Positions 1-10,016 of a DNA stretch of 64,000 bases are shown in pieces. Positions within the stretch are counted from its first letter, which is position 1. Each line of letters begins with the position of its first letter. Position numbers and translations under genes: made by a program. Under the pieces are notes generated by a model, which saw nothing but the letters and a program-made list of their open reading frames with translations, was not told where the DNA came from and did not search any database. Source of the DNA: Oscillospiraceae bacterium (GTDB taxonomy: Bacteria > Bacillota > Clostridia > Oscillospirales > Oscillospiraceae); NCBI GenBank assembly GCA_017398625.1, contig JAFQFP010000003.1, forward strand, positions 456-64,455. The letters run 5' to 3'.

Positions 1-962
1 ATGGGCTTGTAGCCGTGCATCATGGCGTAGATCAAGCCGCTGGCAAAGGCATCGCCGCCGCCCACACGGTCGAGGATGTTGAAGGTAAACAGCTTGCTTT
101 CAAAGGTGTGCCCCTGATACCACATGAATGCCTTCAGACTGTTCTGGGAGCCGGAATGGGCATAGCGCACATGGCGTGCGATGCACTTGAGGTTGGGATA
201 GCGGTCGATAAAGCGCTGGAAGATCTCGTCCTGCTGCTCATAGCTGGGCTGCAGGGGAACGCCGTCCTTCCAATCGCCCTTGGAGTGGTCATTTTCGTCC
301 TTCCACAGGTGGTAGGGCTCGATGCCCAGCAGAACATCCACATAGGGCAGGCACAGCGTGCAGTAATCCCGGGCTTCCTCCCATGTCCACAGGCGGCTGC
401 GGAAGTTGCCGTCAAAGCTGACGGTGAGCCCCTTCTGCTTGGCGACCTTCAGACAATTCAGAATGAAATCGGCGCAGCTTTGGCACAGAGCGGGGGTAAT
501 GCCGGACAGGTGGAGCCAATCATAGCCCTCCAGCAGCTTGTCCAGATCCACACAGGACAGGTCATACTCGGTAATGGCGCTGTGCTTGCGGTCGTAGGTG
601 ACCTTGCTGGCACGGATGCCGTAGCCGGTTTCCAGATAGTAAGTACCCAGACGGTGGGTGGGGGTCTCCTCGGGGGTGCTGAGGATCACGGGAGAGCAGT
701 GGACATCGTTGCTGCGCAGCATACGGATGGCGCTCTTGCCGATGGAGTTATTGGGCACAACGGAGAAGAAGGTGCTGTCGATCCCAAGATTTGCCAGCGC
801 CAGAGCAATGTTTGCTTCACTGCCGCCGTAGGTAGCTTGGAAGTTGTTGGCGGTACGGATCTTTTCGTAGTTGGGCGGAGTCAGACGCAGCATGATCTCA
901 CCGATGGTGATGAACTTCTGGGGGCTGCTCACACTTTTCAGCAAGGGATTGAAATGTTCCAT
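1..962 (-). CDS. kdgK: PfkB-family sugar kinase, probably 2-dehydro-3-deoxygluconokinase (runs off window start)
   Basis: Not in the ORF track. Manual translation from ATG 962 (GGAGG upstream) gives MEHFNPLL...ITIGEIMLRLTPP...YGGSEANIALALANLG, a KdgK-type PfkB N-terminus. Confidence 0.8.
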   Translation of the reverse strand, partial: MEHFNPLLKSVSSPQKFITIGEIMLRLTPPNYEKIRTANNFQATYGGSEANIALALANLGIDSTFFSVVPNNSIGKSAIRMLRSNDVHCSPVILSTPEETPTHRLGTYYLETGYGIRASKVTYDRKHSAITEYDLSCVDLDKLLEGYDWLHLSGITPALCQSCADFILNCLKVAKQKGLTVSFDGNFRSRLWTWEEARDYCTLCLPYVDVLLGIEPYHLWKDENDHSKGDWKDGVPLQPSYEQQDEIFQRFIDRYPNLKCIARHVRYAHSGSQNSLKAFMWYQGHTFESKLFTFNILDRVGGGDAFASGLIYAMMHGYKP

Positions 963-991
963 AATGTGCCTCCTGTTATTAGGATATTTTC

Positions 992-1020
992 ATTATAATG
1001 GAAATTGCGACGCATTTCAA
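992..1020 (-). promoter_or_regulatory. sigmaA-type promoter of kdgK with overlapping palindromic operator
   Basis: Minus strand TTGAAA-N17-TATAAT; near-perfect dyad GAAATTGCGACGCATTTC at 1001-1018. Confidence 0.65.
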
Positions 1021-1093
1021 TAAGCAAACGCCATCTTTTTCTGCTTTTTACGGAACAGAAAGGGGCGTGCCGGCATAGTTTGTTCCGGGAGGG

Positions 1094-1354
1094 TTGGATA
1101 TGATGACCGGATTTATCACATTCCGCTCTGTGACCTTTGCCCAGCGGGGGGAGACGGTGCTGCGCCGGGGCAATATCGGCTGCAGCCTGCAGCGGACGCC
1201 CCGCTGGATGGAGGAGCAGGGCTGTGGATACTGCCTGCGGCTGAAGCTGGCAGACGCAAAAGAGGCACTTCGGCTGCTGCGGCAGCAGCAGGTGGATTTT
1301 CGTAAGGTATACCGCCGCAAGGAGGACGGAAGCGTGGAGGAAATGGTGCCATGA
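1094..1354 (+). CDS. DUF3343-like small protein
   Basis: 86 aa with FITFRSVTFA and PxxxxxxGCGYCL motifs; GGAGG RBS; overlaps the next gene (ATGA). Confidence 0.7.
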   Translation: MDMMTGFITFRSVTFAQRGETVLRRGNIGCSLQRTPRWMEEQGCGYCLRLKLADAKEALRLLRQQQVDFRKVYRRKEDGSVEEMVP

Positions 1355-2451
1355 CCTATCTGGATCACGGCGCCACCTCTTTTCCCAAGCTCCCGGAGGT
1401 GAGACGGGCAGTGCATAAGGCGCTGGAGCGGTGCGCCAATCCCGGCAGGGGCGGCTACGGTGCTGCCATGGAGGCGGCAAAAACCGTGTACGGCTGCCGG
1501 GAAGCCGCGGCAAAGCTGTTTGAATGCGCCCCGGAGCAGGTGGTTTTCACCGCCAACTGCACCCACGGGCTGAATATTGCCATAGAAACGCTGGTGAAGC
1601 CCGGCAGCCGGGTGGTGGTGTCCGGCTTTGAGCATAACGCGGTGACCCGTCCGCTGTATGCCCGGAAAGTGGGGCTTACCGTGGCGGGCAGACGGCTGTT
1701 TGACTGGGCGGACACGCTGGACAGCTTTGCCGCCGCGCTGAAAAAGGGTGCCGATGCGGCGGTTTTTACCCATGTTTCCAATGTGTTTGGCTATATCCTG
1801 CCTGTGGAGGAGATGGCGGCGCTGTGCCGCAGCGCAGGCGTGCCCTTTATCCTCGATGCTGCCCAATCGGCAGGGGTGCTGCCGGTGTCGCTGAAAAAGC
1901 TGGGGGCGGATTATATTGCCATGCCGGGGCATAAAGGGCTGTTAGGTCCCCAAGGCGCAGGCATCCTGCTCTGCGGCAGCCTGCCAAAGCCCCTGCTCCA
2001 TGGCGGCACAGGCAGCGCCTCCCGGTTACAGGAGATGCCGGACTTTCTGCCCGACCGGGCGGAGGCGGGAACACTGAATGTACCGGGGATCGCCGGTCTG
2101 GCAGCGGGGATCCGCTATGTGTCCCAAGAGGGGACGGCTGCCATCGCCCGTCGGGAGCGGCGGCAGGCACGGTACTGTGCGGAAGCTCTGAAAAATAGGG
2201 GATTTCGGGTGTTTTCCGGGGAACATCAAGGAGGAACGGTGTCTTTTGTTGGGAAAACCGATTGCGAAGAGCTGGCAGCGGCGCTGGCGCAGCAGGGGAT
2301 CGCTGTCCGCAGCGGGCTGCACTGTGCGCCTCTTGCCCATGAAAGCGCAGGAACGCTGGACACGGGAACGGTGCGTGTCAGCTTCGGATATAATGCCTGT
2401 GATGCCCAAACCCGGCAATTTTTACAAGGGCTTGATGGGGTGAGAGCGTAA
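1351..2451 (+). CDS. Cysteine desulfurase family (aminotransferase class V)
   Basis: YLDHGATS, LDAAQS, PGHKGLLGPQG (PLP lysine), RSGLHCA (catalytic Cys). Confidence 0.9.
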   Translation: MTYLDHGATSFPKLPEVRRAVHKALERCANPGRGGYGAAMEAAKTVYGCREAAAKLFECAPEQVVFTANCTHGLNIAIETLVKPGSRVVVSGFEHNAVTRPLYARKVGLTVAGRRLFDWADTLDSFAAALKKGADAAVFTHVSNVFGYILPVEEMAALCRSAGVPFILDAAQSAGVLPVSLKKLGADYIAMPGHKGLLGPQGAGILLCGSLPKPLLHGGTGSASRLQEMPDFLPDRAEAGTLNVPGIAGLAAGIRYVSQEGTAAIARRERRQARYCAEALKNRGFRVFSGEHQGGTVSFVGKTDCEELAAALAQQGIAVRSGLHCAPLAHESAGTLDTGTVRVSFGYNACDAQTRQFLQGLDGVRA

Positions 2452-2469
2452 AAATTTCTGCTTTTGCTA

Positions 2470-2498
2470 TTGCCAAGGACAAACGAATCCGCTATAAT
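2470..2498 (+). promoter_or_regulatory. sigmaA-type promoter upstream of cdaA
   Basis: TTGCCA-N17-TATAAT. Confidence 0.65.
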
Positions 2499-2572
2499 AG
2501 TAAGGATAATAGGGTTGGTATACGAATTGACCAAAAGACGCCGAAACGGGCAGAAAAGAGGTAGATGCATAT

Positions 2573-3442
2573 ATGGAATTTTTGCAGCAGTTTATCCAGC
2601 AGCTGACGAAAATGCAATGGTCAGACTATTTGGATATCATTCTGGTGGCATTCCTGATATATAAGCTGATACCGCTGATCCGGACTACCGGTACTGCCCG
2701 GATCGCCACGGTGGTGATCGGATTTTTGGTGGTTACTTGGCTGACCGAGGTCATGCATCTTTATGCCTTGAATTTCTTGCTGAGCCAGCTGCTTGCCGTC
2801 GGTCTGATCGCGGTGGTGGTGCTGTTCCAGCCGGAGCTGCGGCGTATGCTGGATCATTTGGCAGACATCCGGCTGAACAGGCTGTTTGGCACGGAAAAAG
2901 ATACGCTGCCCATGGATTCCATTATTTCCGAGACCGTTGCCGCCTGCGAGGTCATGAGCAAGGAGCGGGTGGGTGCGCTGATCGTTTTTGCCCGCCATTC
3001 CATCGTGGATGACTATACCAAGACCGGCACTGCCATTGACGGTCAGGTCTCTGAGCAGCTTCTGCGGAACATCTTCTTCCCCAAGGCATCTCTCCATGAC
3101 GGCGCTGTGATCATTCAAAACGGCCGTGTAGCCGCGGCAGGCTGCGTGCTGCCCCTGTCGGATACCCACCGGCTCAGCGCCGATCTGGGTACCCGTCACC
3201 GTGCAGGCGTGGGCATGAGCGAGGCAAGCGACGCGGTGGTGGTCATCGTCTCTGAGGAGACCGGTGCCGTTTCCGTTGCGGTGAGCGGTATGCTCAAGCG
3301 GCATTTGGCACCCCAGACGCTGGAACGCCTGCTGCGCAACGAGCTTTGCAAGGACGAGGAAGTCAAAAACGAGAATCTGGTTCTGAAGCTGCGGCAGAAG
3401 CTGCATAAGAAAAATAAGGAGGACAGCGCCAATGAAAAATAA
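2573..3442 (+). CDS. cdaA: Diadenylate cyclase CdaA
   Basis: Three N-terminal TM segments, FQPELRR, LHDGA and GTRHRA DAC motifs. Confidence 0.95.
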   Translation: MEFLQQFIQQLTKMQWSDYLDIILVAFLIYKLIPLIRTTGTARIATVVIGFLVVTWLTEVMHLYALNFLLSQLLAVGLIAVVVLFQPELRRMLDHLADIRLNRLFGTEKDTLPMDSIISETVAACEVMSKERVGALIVFARHSIVDDYTKTGTAIDGQVSEQLLRNIFFPKASLHDGAVIIQNGRVAAAGCVLPLSDTHRLSADLGTRHRAGVGMSEASDAVVVIVSEETGAVSVAVSGMLKRHLAPQTLERLLRNELCKDEEVKNENLVLKLRQKLHKKNKEDSANEK

Positions 3443-4676
3443 GGGTTTGGTGGCGCTGGTATCCATTGTGGCGGCGTTTTTGCTGTGGACCTATGTGGTC
3501 ACGGTGGAAAACCCGGAATATTCAGCGGAATTTTATAATATCCCCGTGGTTTTTGAAGGGGAAAGCATTTTGGAGGAGCGTGGTCTGATGGTGGTCGGCG
3601 GCACAGAGCAGACTGTCACCATGAAGCTCAAGGGCAACCGTTCCGATCTGTACAGCTTAAAATCCTCGGATATCACCATCAAAGCGGATCTTTCCAAGGT
3701 GGATGAGCCCGGCATCCAGAGGATCCAGTATAACCATTATCTGCCGGGGAATATTGCCTCCAACGCCATTATCGTGGAGTCCAAGGCACCCTCTATGCTG
3801 GAGATGACCTTTGCCCGGCGGGAGACGAAGAATGTTGATGTGAAGGTAGTGCTCAACGGCTCTGTGCCCACAGATTATATTGCCGATCAGGACACTCTGG
3901 TGCTGGATCGACAGACCGTTAAGATCACAGGCCCGGAGGAGCAGGTGAACCAGATCACCCAAGCTGTGATCAAAGTGGAGCTCACCGACAGAACCGAATC
4001 TTTCAGTGAAAGCTACCGCTATACCCTTTGCAACGAAGGGGGAGAGCCGGTGGATGCCTCTCTGGTCAGTGTGGAAGCCACAGAGGTGAATGTGACCATG
4101 AGTATCCAGCGGGTGAAGGAGATCCCTCTGGTGCTGACGGTGATCTCCGGCGGCGGTGCCACACAGGAGACCAGCAAGATCACGATCGAGCCCAAGACCA
4201 TCAAGGTCTCCGGCAGCGACAAGGTGCTGGAGAACCTCAACGAGCTGAACATTGGAACGGTGAACCTTGGTGAGCTTTGGGAAGGCACCAATCTGGTGTT
4301 CCCCATCACCGTGCCGGACAATGTGACCAACCGCTCTGCGGTCAACGAGGCTTCCGTATCGATCAAATTCCCCAAGCTGCTGAGAAAGATCTTTACCATT
4401 CCCGGCGATAATATCCAGTGCGTCAATGTGCCGGAGGGTCTGGAGGCGGAGATCGTGACCCAGAGTCTGAAGCTGGAGTTGCGGGGAGCTCTGGATCTGG
4501 TCAGCCCCATGAGTGCTTCCGATTTCACCCTGCGGGTGGACTTTGCCGAAAAGCAGGCAGGTACCTTTACTATGCAGGTCGAGGTGGTCATGGACGCGGG
4601 CTATGAAAGCGTGGGCGTTATGGGCAACTGCTCCGTTACCGCGATCCTGCGTGAACCTGAGGTGACCGAAGAATGA
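3432..4676 (+). CDS. cdaR: CdaR/YbbR-like regulator
   Basis: N-terminal TM anchor (LWTYV), beta-rich YbbR-like repeats, position after cdaA. Confidence 0.85.
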   Translation: MKNKGLVALVSIVAAFLLWTYVVTVENPEYSAEFYNIPVVFEGESILEERGLMVVGGTEQTVTMKLKGNRSDLYSLKSSDITIKADLSKVDEPGIQRIQYNHYLPGNIASNAIIVESKAPSMLEMTFARRETKNVDVKVVLNGSVPTDYIADQDTLVLDRQTVKITGPEEQVNQITQAVIKVELTDRTESFSESYRYTLCNEGGEPVDASLVSVEATEVNVTMSIQRVKEIPLVLTVISGGGATQETSKITIEPKTIKVSGSDKVLENLNELNIGTVNLGELWEGTNLVFPITVPDNVTNRSAVNEASVSIKFPKLLRKIFTIPGDNIQCVNVPEGLEAEIVTQSLKLELRGALDLVSPMSASDFTLRVDFAEKQAGTFTMQVEVVMDAGYESVGVMGNCSVTAILREPEVTEE

Positions 4677-5083
4677 AGCAGTTAGTCCGTGTACGAAAGC
4701 TGAACCCGGACGGAACGGCGCAGGTGCTCCACATTCGTCAGAGCGCTTGCTCCGGTGACTGCCATAAGTGCTCCGGCTGCGGTGCCGCACAGGAGACGCT
4801 GCTGTTTACCGCGGAGAATCCCATCGGCGCCAAGCCCGGAGATCTGGTGAATGTTTCCTCCGATTCCGGCCCGGTGCTGGCGGGGGCTGCGGTACTGTAT
4901 ATGCTGCCGGTGGTGCTGTTTTTCGCCGGCTATCTGCTGGGACATCTGGCATGGGGCATGGGCGCCTTGGTGGGCTGCCTTGCTTTTGTGCTGGGCATCG
5001 TCGTCGCGGTGGCATATGACCGCAATGTGGCAAAAAAACAAAAAACTGTGTATACCATTATAGAATTCGCTGCACAAATGTAA
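4673..5083 (+). CDS. RseC/MucC-family membrane protein
   Basis: RQSACSGDCHKCSGC motif, N.IGAKPGD.V, two C-terminal TM helices. Confidence 0.8.
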   Translation: MKQLVRVRKLNPDGTAQVLHIRQSACSGDCHKCSGCGAAQETLLFTAENPIGAKPGDLVNVSSDSGPVLAGAAVLYMLPVVLFFAGYLLGHLAWGMGALVGCLAFVLGIVVAVAYDRNVAKKQKTVYTIIEFAAQM

Positions 5084-5095
5084 AAAAAGGGGATA

Positions 5096-5983
5096 ATGAC
5101 CTTGATCAAGAGTATGACAGGCTATGGCCGCGCCGTGGAAACGGTGAACGGCAGGGAATTCACCGTGGAGCTGCGCTCCGTCAACAACCGCTACTTGGAT
5201 TGCTCCGTGCGTTTGCCCCGGATGCTAGCCTTTGCCGAGGACGCGGTGAAGCAGGCGGTGAAGGCTTCCGTATCCCGGGGTAAGGTGGATGTGTATATTT
5301 CCGTCCATGCCGAAGCGGGAGACGAGGTTGTGGTCAAGCTGAACCGTGGCGTGCTGGAGGGGTATCTGGCAGCCATGCAGCAGATGGTGGAGGAGTACGA
5401 TGCCGTAGAGGATGATATCCGGGTGTCTGTGCTGTCCCGTCTGCCGGAGGTGTTCTCCATTGAGAAGCCGGAGGTGGATGAGGAGCAGCTGCTTGCCGAT
5501 CTGATGACGGTGGTCAGCAAAGCCCTCAGCGGCTACGATGCCATGCGCAGCACCGAGGGTGCTGCTCTGGATCGGGATCTGCGCAGCCGGGGACAGACCA
5601 TTCTTGAGCTGGTGGGCGTAGTGGAGCAGGGCAACGGCCAGACCGTTTCCGACTACCGTGCCCGTCTGGAAGCCAAGCTCCGGGAGGTGCTTGCCAATAC
5701 TGCCATCGACGAAAGCCGCATCCTCACCGAAGCCGCCATTTTTGCGGACAAGGTGGCTGTGGATGAAGAAACGGTGCGCCTGCGCAGCCATCTGGAGCAG
5801 ATGAATGCCATGCTGGACGGCGGCGGTGCCATCGGCAGAAAGCTGGACTTCTTGCTGCAGGAGATGAACAGGGAAGCCAACACCATCGGCTCTAAGTGTA
5901 CCGATGTCCGTTTGGCGAGAGTCGTGGTGGATATCAAGGCAGAGCTGGAAAAGATCCGGGAACAGACCCAGAACATTGAGTAA
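5096..5983 (+). CDS. YicC/YloC-family endoribonuclease
   Basis: SMTGYGR, SVNNRYLD, GRKLDFLLQEMNREANTIGSK, EQTQNIE. Confidence 0.95.
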   Translation: MTLIKSMTGYGRAVETVNGREFTVELRSVNNRYLDCSVRLPRMLAFAEDAVKQAVKASVSRGKVDVYISVHAEAGDEVVVKLNRGVLEGYLAAMQQMVEEYDAVEDDIRVSVLSRLPEVFSIEKPEVDEEQLLADLMTVVSKALSGYDAMRSTEGAALDRDLRSRGQTILELVGVVEQGNGQTVSDYRARLEAKLREVLANTAIDESRILTEAAIFADKVAVDEETVRLRSHLEQMNAMLDGGGAIGRKLDFLLQEMNREANTIGSKCTDVRLARVVVDIKAELEKIREQTQNIE

Positions 5984-5992
5984 GAGGCGACT

Positions 5993-6250
5993 ATGAAGCT
6001 GATCAATATTGGATTTGGCAGCATGGTAGCTGCCGAGCGGGTGCTGGCCATCGTGGAGCCGGACTCCGCGCCTATCAAGCGTGTGATCCAAGAGGCAAAG
6101 GAGAGGGGCATGCTGATCGATGCTTCCTACGGGCGTAAGACGGCGGCGGTGATCCTGATGGATACGGACCATGTGATCTTGTCCTCCGTGGAGCCGGAGC
6201 TCCTTGGCCGGCGTTGGTCGGACAAGTTTCAGGAGGAAGAGAGAAAATGA
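5993..6250 (+). CDS. remA: RemA/DUF370 family protein
   Basis: [23 protein letters not shown]; lies between yicC and gmk. Confidence 0.9.
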   Translation: MKLINIGFGSMVAAERVLAIVEPDSAPIKRVIQEAKERGMLIDASYGRKTAAVILMDTDHVILSSVEPELLGRRWSDKFQEEERK

Positions 6251-6804
6251 GCAAGGGCAAGCTGTTTATTATCTCCGGTGCGTCCGGTGTGGGCAAAAGC
6301 ACGGTGCTGAAAAGGGTCATGGAGAAGCGGCCGGATATCCGGTTCTCTGTTTCCGCCACCACCAGAGATCCCCGTCCCAACGAGGAGCATGGCGTTCACT
6401 ACTTCTTTGTGACCAAGGAAGTCTTTGAGGACATGATCGCCAAGGATGCATTTTTGGAATACGACAATCATAACGCCCATTATTACGGCACTCCCATCGG
6501 CCAGCTTGAGGAACGGCTGGCGCTTGGACATACCATTCTGGACATAGAGCCTGTGGGCGCTGCCATCGCCAGAAGAAAGCGCCGGGACGCAACGCTGATC
6601 TTCATCACCCCTCCGACTATGGAGGAGCTGGAGCGGCGGCTTCGCGGCAGAGGCGACACCAGCGAGGAGCAGATCGCCATCCGTCTGGAGCGTGCCAAGT
6701 GGGAAATGGATCAGCGCAGATGGTATGACTACGAGGTGGTCAACGATGTAGTGGAGACCTGCGCAGAGGAAATTTTGAATATCATCGCCCGTGAGGCGGA
6801 CTAA
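6247..6804 (+). CDS. gmk: Guanylate kinase
   Basis: [10 protein letters not shown]-loop, SVSATTR.PR, YYGT; start placed at ATG 6247. Confidence 0.95.
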   Translation: MSKGKLFIISGASGVGKSTVLKRVMEKRPDIRFSVSATTRDPRPNEEHGVHYFFVTKEVFEDMIAKDAFLEYDNHNAHYYGTPIGQLEERLALGHTILDIEPVGAAIARRKRRDATLIFITPPTMEELERRLRGRGDTSEEQIAIRLERAKWEMDQRRWYDYEVVNDVVETCAEEILNIIAREAD

Positions 6805-6823
6805 TAATTTGGAGGAATCAATT

Positions 6824-7030
6824 ATGCTTTACCCCCCTGTTGCTGATATGCTGAAGAATGTGGACAGCCGTTACCTGCTGGTAAATGTGGTTGCCCAGCG
6901 CGCCCGCCAGATCGCTGCCGAGGCAGAGGCTCTGGAAGAGGAGCTGACCGATAAGCCCGTGACCATTGCCATCCGCGAGGTCGCCGAGGGCAAGCTGACC
7001 GCCACCGTAAAGGACGAGTACAAGAACTAA
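6824..7030 (+). CDS. rpoZ: RNA polymerase omega subunit
   Basis: MLYPP...SRYLLVNVVAQRARQI...KPVTIAIRE; GGAGG RBS. Confidence 0.93.
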   Translation: MLYPPVADMLKNVDSRYLLVNVVAQRARQIAAEAEALEEELTDKPVTIAIREVAEGKLTATVKDEYKN

Positions 7031-7049
7031 GATCAAAGGGAGGGGCTGT

Positions 7050-9494
7050 ATGATCGCAAAAATTGCTGTTTCCGCTGCCAATTTTGCCATAGACAAGCCC
7101 TATTCCTATGCCGTGCCGGATACCATGGCATTGCTGCCGGGTATGCGTGTCACAGTTCCCTTTGGCAGAGGAAACCGCCCCAGTGAGGGCGTGGTGCTCA
7201 CCGTGGAGCCGGGAGAGGAGCAGGGGCTGAAGACCGTTTCCCAATGTTTGGACGGGGAAAGCCTGCTGTCCGATACTATGCTGCGTCTGGCGGCATTTAT
7301 CCGGGAGCGGTATTTCTGCACCTTTTACGATGCTATTCGCTGTATGCTTCCGGCTGGGCTGTGGTTCCGCACCGCGGATACCTATTCGCTCACCGAGGAT
7401 CGAAGCTGGAAGGAAAAGAAGCTTCGCAATGCCGATGCTGACCGGGTGCTCTCCTTTATGGAGGAGCTGGGCGGTACTGCAGAGGAAACGCTGCTGCAGG
7501 GGCTGATCCCCTCGGAGGAGGCGCTGGAAACGGCACTTTCCTATCTGCTTCGGAAGAAATGGATCACCGGTCAGCGCAGCTTCCGTCAGCGCACCTTGGA
7601 CAAGCAGGAGAAGATCGCCACCTTGGCGGTGGATGCGGCGGAAGCCCTTGCCTTTGCTGCCAGCCGCCCCAAGTCCGCGGTGATGCAGAAAAATGTGCTG
7701 CAGCTTTTATGCAGTGTGGGCAGCGCCGCGGTGAAGGAGATCTGCTATTTCACCGGTGCCAAGCCGGCGACGCTGAACCGTCTGGAGGAGCTGGGCTATG
7801 TGACGCTCTCCCAGCGGGAGGTGCTGCGCTGCCGTGAGGTGCGCCCTGCCAAGCAGGAGGGACCGCTGGAGCTGAGCAGCGAGCAGCAGGCGGCGTATGA
7901 CGGTCTTGACCGGCAGATGGGCGCTCCCCAGCCCGGTGTGGCGCTGCTTTGGGGCGTCACCGGTTCGGGAAAAACCTCCGTATATGTCAAGCTGATCCAA
8001 AGCTGCCTACAGCGGGGCAAGGCTGCGGTGCTTCTGGTGCCGGAGATCGCCCTGACACCCCAGCTTTTGGGCTTGATGGCTGCCTATTTCGGGCAGCAGG
8101 TGGCGGTGCTGCACTCCAGCCTTGCGGCAACGGAACGCTATGACCAATGGAAGCGTGTCCGCAGCGGTGAGGCAAAGGTGGTGGTGGGCACCCGTTCCGC
8201 CGTCTTTGCCCCCTGTCCCGATCTGGGTCTGCTGATCTTGGACGAGGAGCAGGAGCATTCCTATAAATCCGAAAATTCCCCCCGGTATGCCGCTAAGGAG
8301 ATCGCCGTATGGCGTGGTGCCAAGGAAAACGCACTGGTGCTGTTAGGCTCTGCCACCCCATCGGTGGAGACGATGTACCGTGCCCGCCGGGGTGACTATA
8401 CACTATACCGCCTATCCCGGCGCTACAACGGCAGGCGGCTGCCCGAGGTAGAGATCGTGGATATGCGGCAGGAGGTGCGGGAGGGCAACGACCTGTCCTA
8501 CAGCAGCGCCCTGCAGCTTGCCATAGCGGATACCGCGGCGGCAGGCAAACAGACCGTGCTGTTTCTCAACCGCCGGGGCAACAGCCGGGCGCTGGTGTGC
8601 GTAGATTGCGGTGAAGCGCCGGAATGTCCCCGGTGCAGCGCAAGGCTGACCTACCACAGCGCCAATGAGCGGCTGATGTGCCACTACTGCGGCTATTCCC
8701 AAGCTGCCGTGAACCGGTGTCCTGCCTGCGGCGGCCCGGTGAAGAAGGTGGGCGTGGGCACGCAGAAGGCACAGCAGGAGCTTTTGGAGCTGCAGCCGGA
8801 GCTGACGGTGGCGCGGATGGACGCGGATACGGTCAGCGCGGTAAATACCCACGAAAAAATACTGGAGCGTTTTCAAAACGAAAATATGGATGTGCTGCTG
8901 GGTACCCAGATGGTGGCAAAGGGGCTGAATCTGCCGCAGGTCACACTGGTGGGCGTGCTGGATGCGGATCTGAGCCTGTATGCCGATTCCTACCGGGCAG
9001 CGGAGACCACCTTTAATATGCTGACGCAGGTGGTGGGCAGAGCCGGACGGGGAGACACCGCCGGAAAAGCCATTATTCAGACCATGGTGCCCAACCACAA
9101 GGTCATCACACTGGCGGCAGAGCAGGATTACGAGGGCTTTTATGAAATGGAAGCTGCTCTGCGGCAGCTTCAGCGCTGTCCTCCCTTTGGAGACATCGCT
9201 GCCGTTACCTTCACCGGAGAGGATGAGACGGCGCTGCTTCGGGGCGCTGTGAAATTCCGGGATTCGCTGATGCAGTGGCTTCGCACCGGCACAGCGGAGA
9301 AAGAATGGTCGGTGCTTGGCCCTGCGCCCTGCTCCGTACCGAAGATCAATTACCGATACCGTTACCGTCTGATTCTGCGCTGTACCATGGACCGGCAGCT
9401 TCGTCAGCTTTTGGCACAGCTTTTGCGGCAGTTTTTGACCGACCGGGAAAACCGGGGCATTTCTGCCTTTATCGATGTAAACGGATTCGACTAG
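7050..9494 (+). CDS. priA: Primosomal protein N' (PriA helicase)
   Basis: GVTGSGKT, LVPEIALTPQ, DEEQE, four CxxC pairs, GTQMVAKGL, QVVGRAGR. Confidence 0.97.
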   Translation: MIAKIAVSAANFAIDKPYSYAVPDTMALLPGMRVTVPFGRGNRPSEGVVLTVEPGEEQGLKTVSQCLDGESLLSDTMLRLAAFIRERYFCTFYDAIRCMLPAGLWFRTADTYSLTEDRSWKEKKLRNADADRVLSFMEELGGTAEETLLQGLIPSEEALETALSYLLRKKWITGQRSFRQRTLDKQEKIATLAVDAAEALAFAASRPKSAVMQKNVLQLLCSVGSAAVKEICYFTGAKPATLNRLEELGYVTLSQREVLRCREVRPAKQEGPLELSSEQQAAYDGLDRQMGAPQPGVALLWGVTGSGKTSVYVKLIQSCLQRGKAAVLLVPEIALTPQLLGLMAAYFGQQVAVLHSSLAATERYDQWKRVRSGEAKVVVGTRSAVFAPCPDLGLLILDEEQEHSYKSENSPRYAAKEIAVWRGAKENALVLLGSATPSVETMYRARRGDYTLYRLSRRYNGRRLPEVEIVDMRQEVREGNDLSYSSALQLAIADTAAAGKQTVLFLNRRGNSRALVCVDCGEAPECPRCSARLTYHSANERLMCHYCGYSQAAVNRCPACGGPVKKVGVGTQKAQQELLELQPELTVARMDADTVSAVNTHEKILERFQNENMDVLLGTQMVAKGLNLPQVTLVGVLDADLSLYADSYRAAETTFNMLTQVVGRAGRGDTAGKAIIQTMVPNHKVITLAAEQDYEGFYEMEAALRQLQRCPPFGDIAAVTFTGEDETALLRGAVKFRDSLMQWLRTGTAEKEWSVLGPAPCSVPKINYRYRYRLILRCTMDRQLRQLLAQLLRQFLTDRENRGISAFIDVNGFD

Positions 9495-9508
9495 AAAGAG
9501 GGATCACT

Positions 9509-9991
9509 ATGGGACTTCGTAAAATTCTAACTGTAAAAGAGCCGGCGCTGCACAAGGTCTGTAAGCCGGTGACCAGCTTTGACCCGAAGCTGCACAAGCT
9601 GCTGGACGATATGGCGCAGACGCTGATCGACGCCAACGGTGTGGGTCTTGCCGCGCCGCAGGTGGGCATTTTGCGGCGTGTGGTGCTGGTGGATGTTGGC
9701 GGCGAGGACGGAGCGGAGATCCTGGAGCTGGTGAACCCCGAATTGGTGGAGACCGACGGAGAGCAGGAGGGCCCCGAGGGCTGCCTCAGTGTTCCCGGCA
9801 AATACGGTCTGGTGAAGCGGCCTTGGTATGCCAAGGTCCGCGCACAGGACCGCAACGGCGAATGGTTCGAGGCGGAGGGCGAGGAGATCATCGCCCGGTG
9901 CTTCTGCCATGAGCTGGATCATCTAGACGGCATCGTCTATACTCAGGTGATGGAACGCTTCCTGACCAAAGAGGAGCTGGAAGAGGACTGA
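9509..9991 (+). CDS. def: Peptide deformylase
   Basis: GVGLAAPQ, EGCLS, HELDH; start placed at ATG 9509. Confidence 0.97.
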   Translation: MGLRKILTVKEPALHKVCKPVTSFDPKLHKLLDDMAQTLIDANGVGLAAPQVGILRRVVLVDVGGEDGAEILELVNPELVETDGEQEGPEGCLSVPGKYGLVKRPWYAKVRAQDRNGEWFEAEGEEIIARCFCHELDHLDGIVYTQVMERFLTKEELEED

Positions 9992-10016
9992 CACCGGCTG
10001 CAACGGAGGAATTTCA

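Noticed and set aside
15-998. 327-aa plus-strand ORF
   Set aside because: Antisense shadow of the minus-strand kdgK-like gene, which has family motifs, RBS and promoter.
1055-1081. AC-N17-CATAGTTT sporulation-type promoter before the DUF3343 gene
   Set aside because: The match is short and could arise by chance; there is no independent support.
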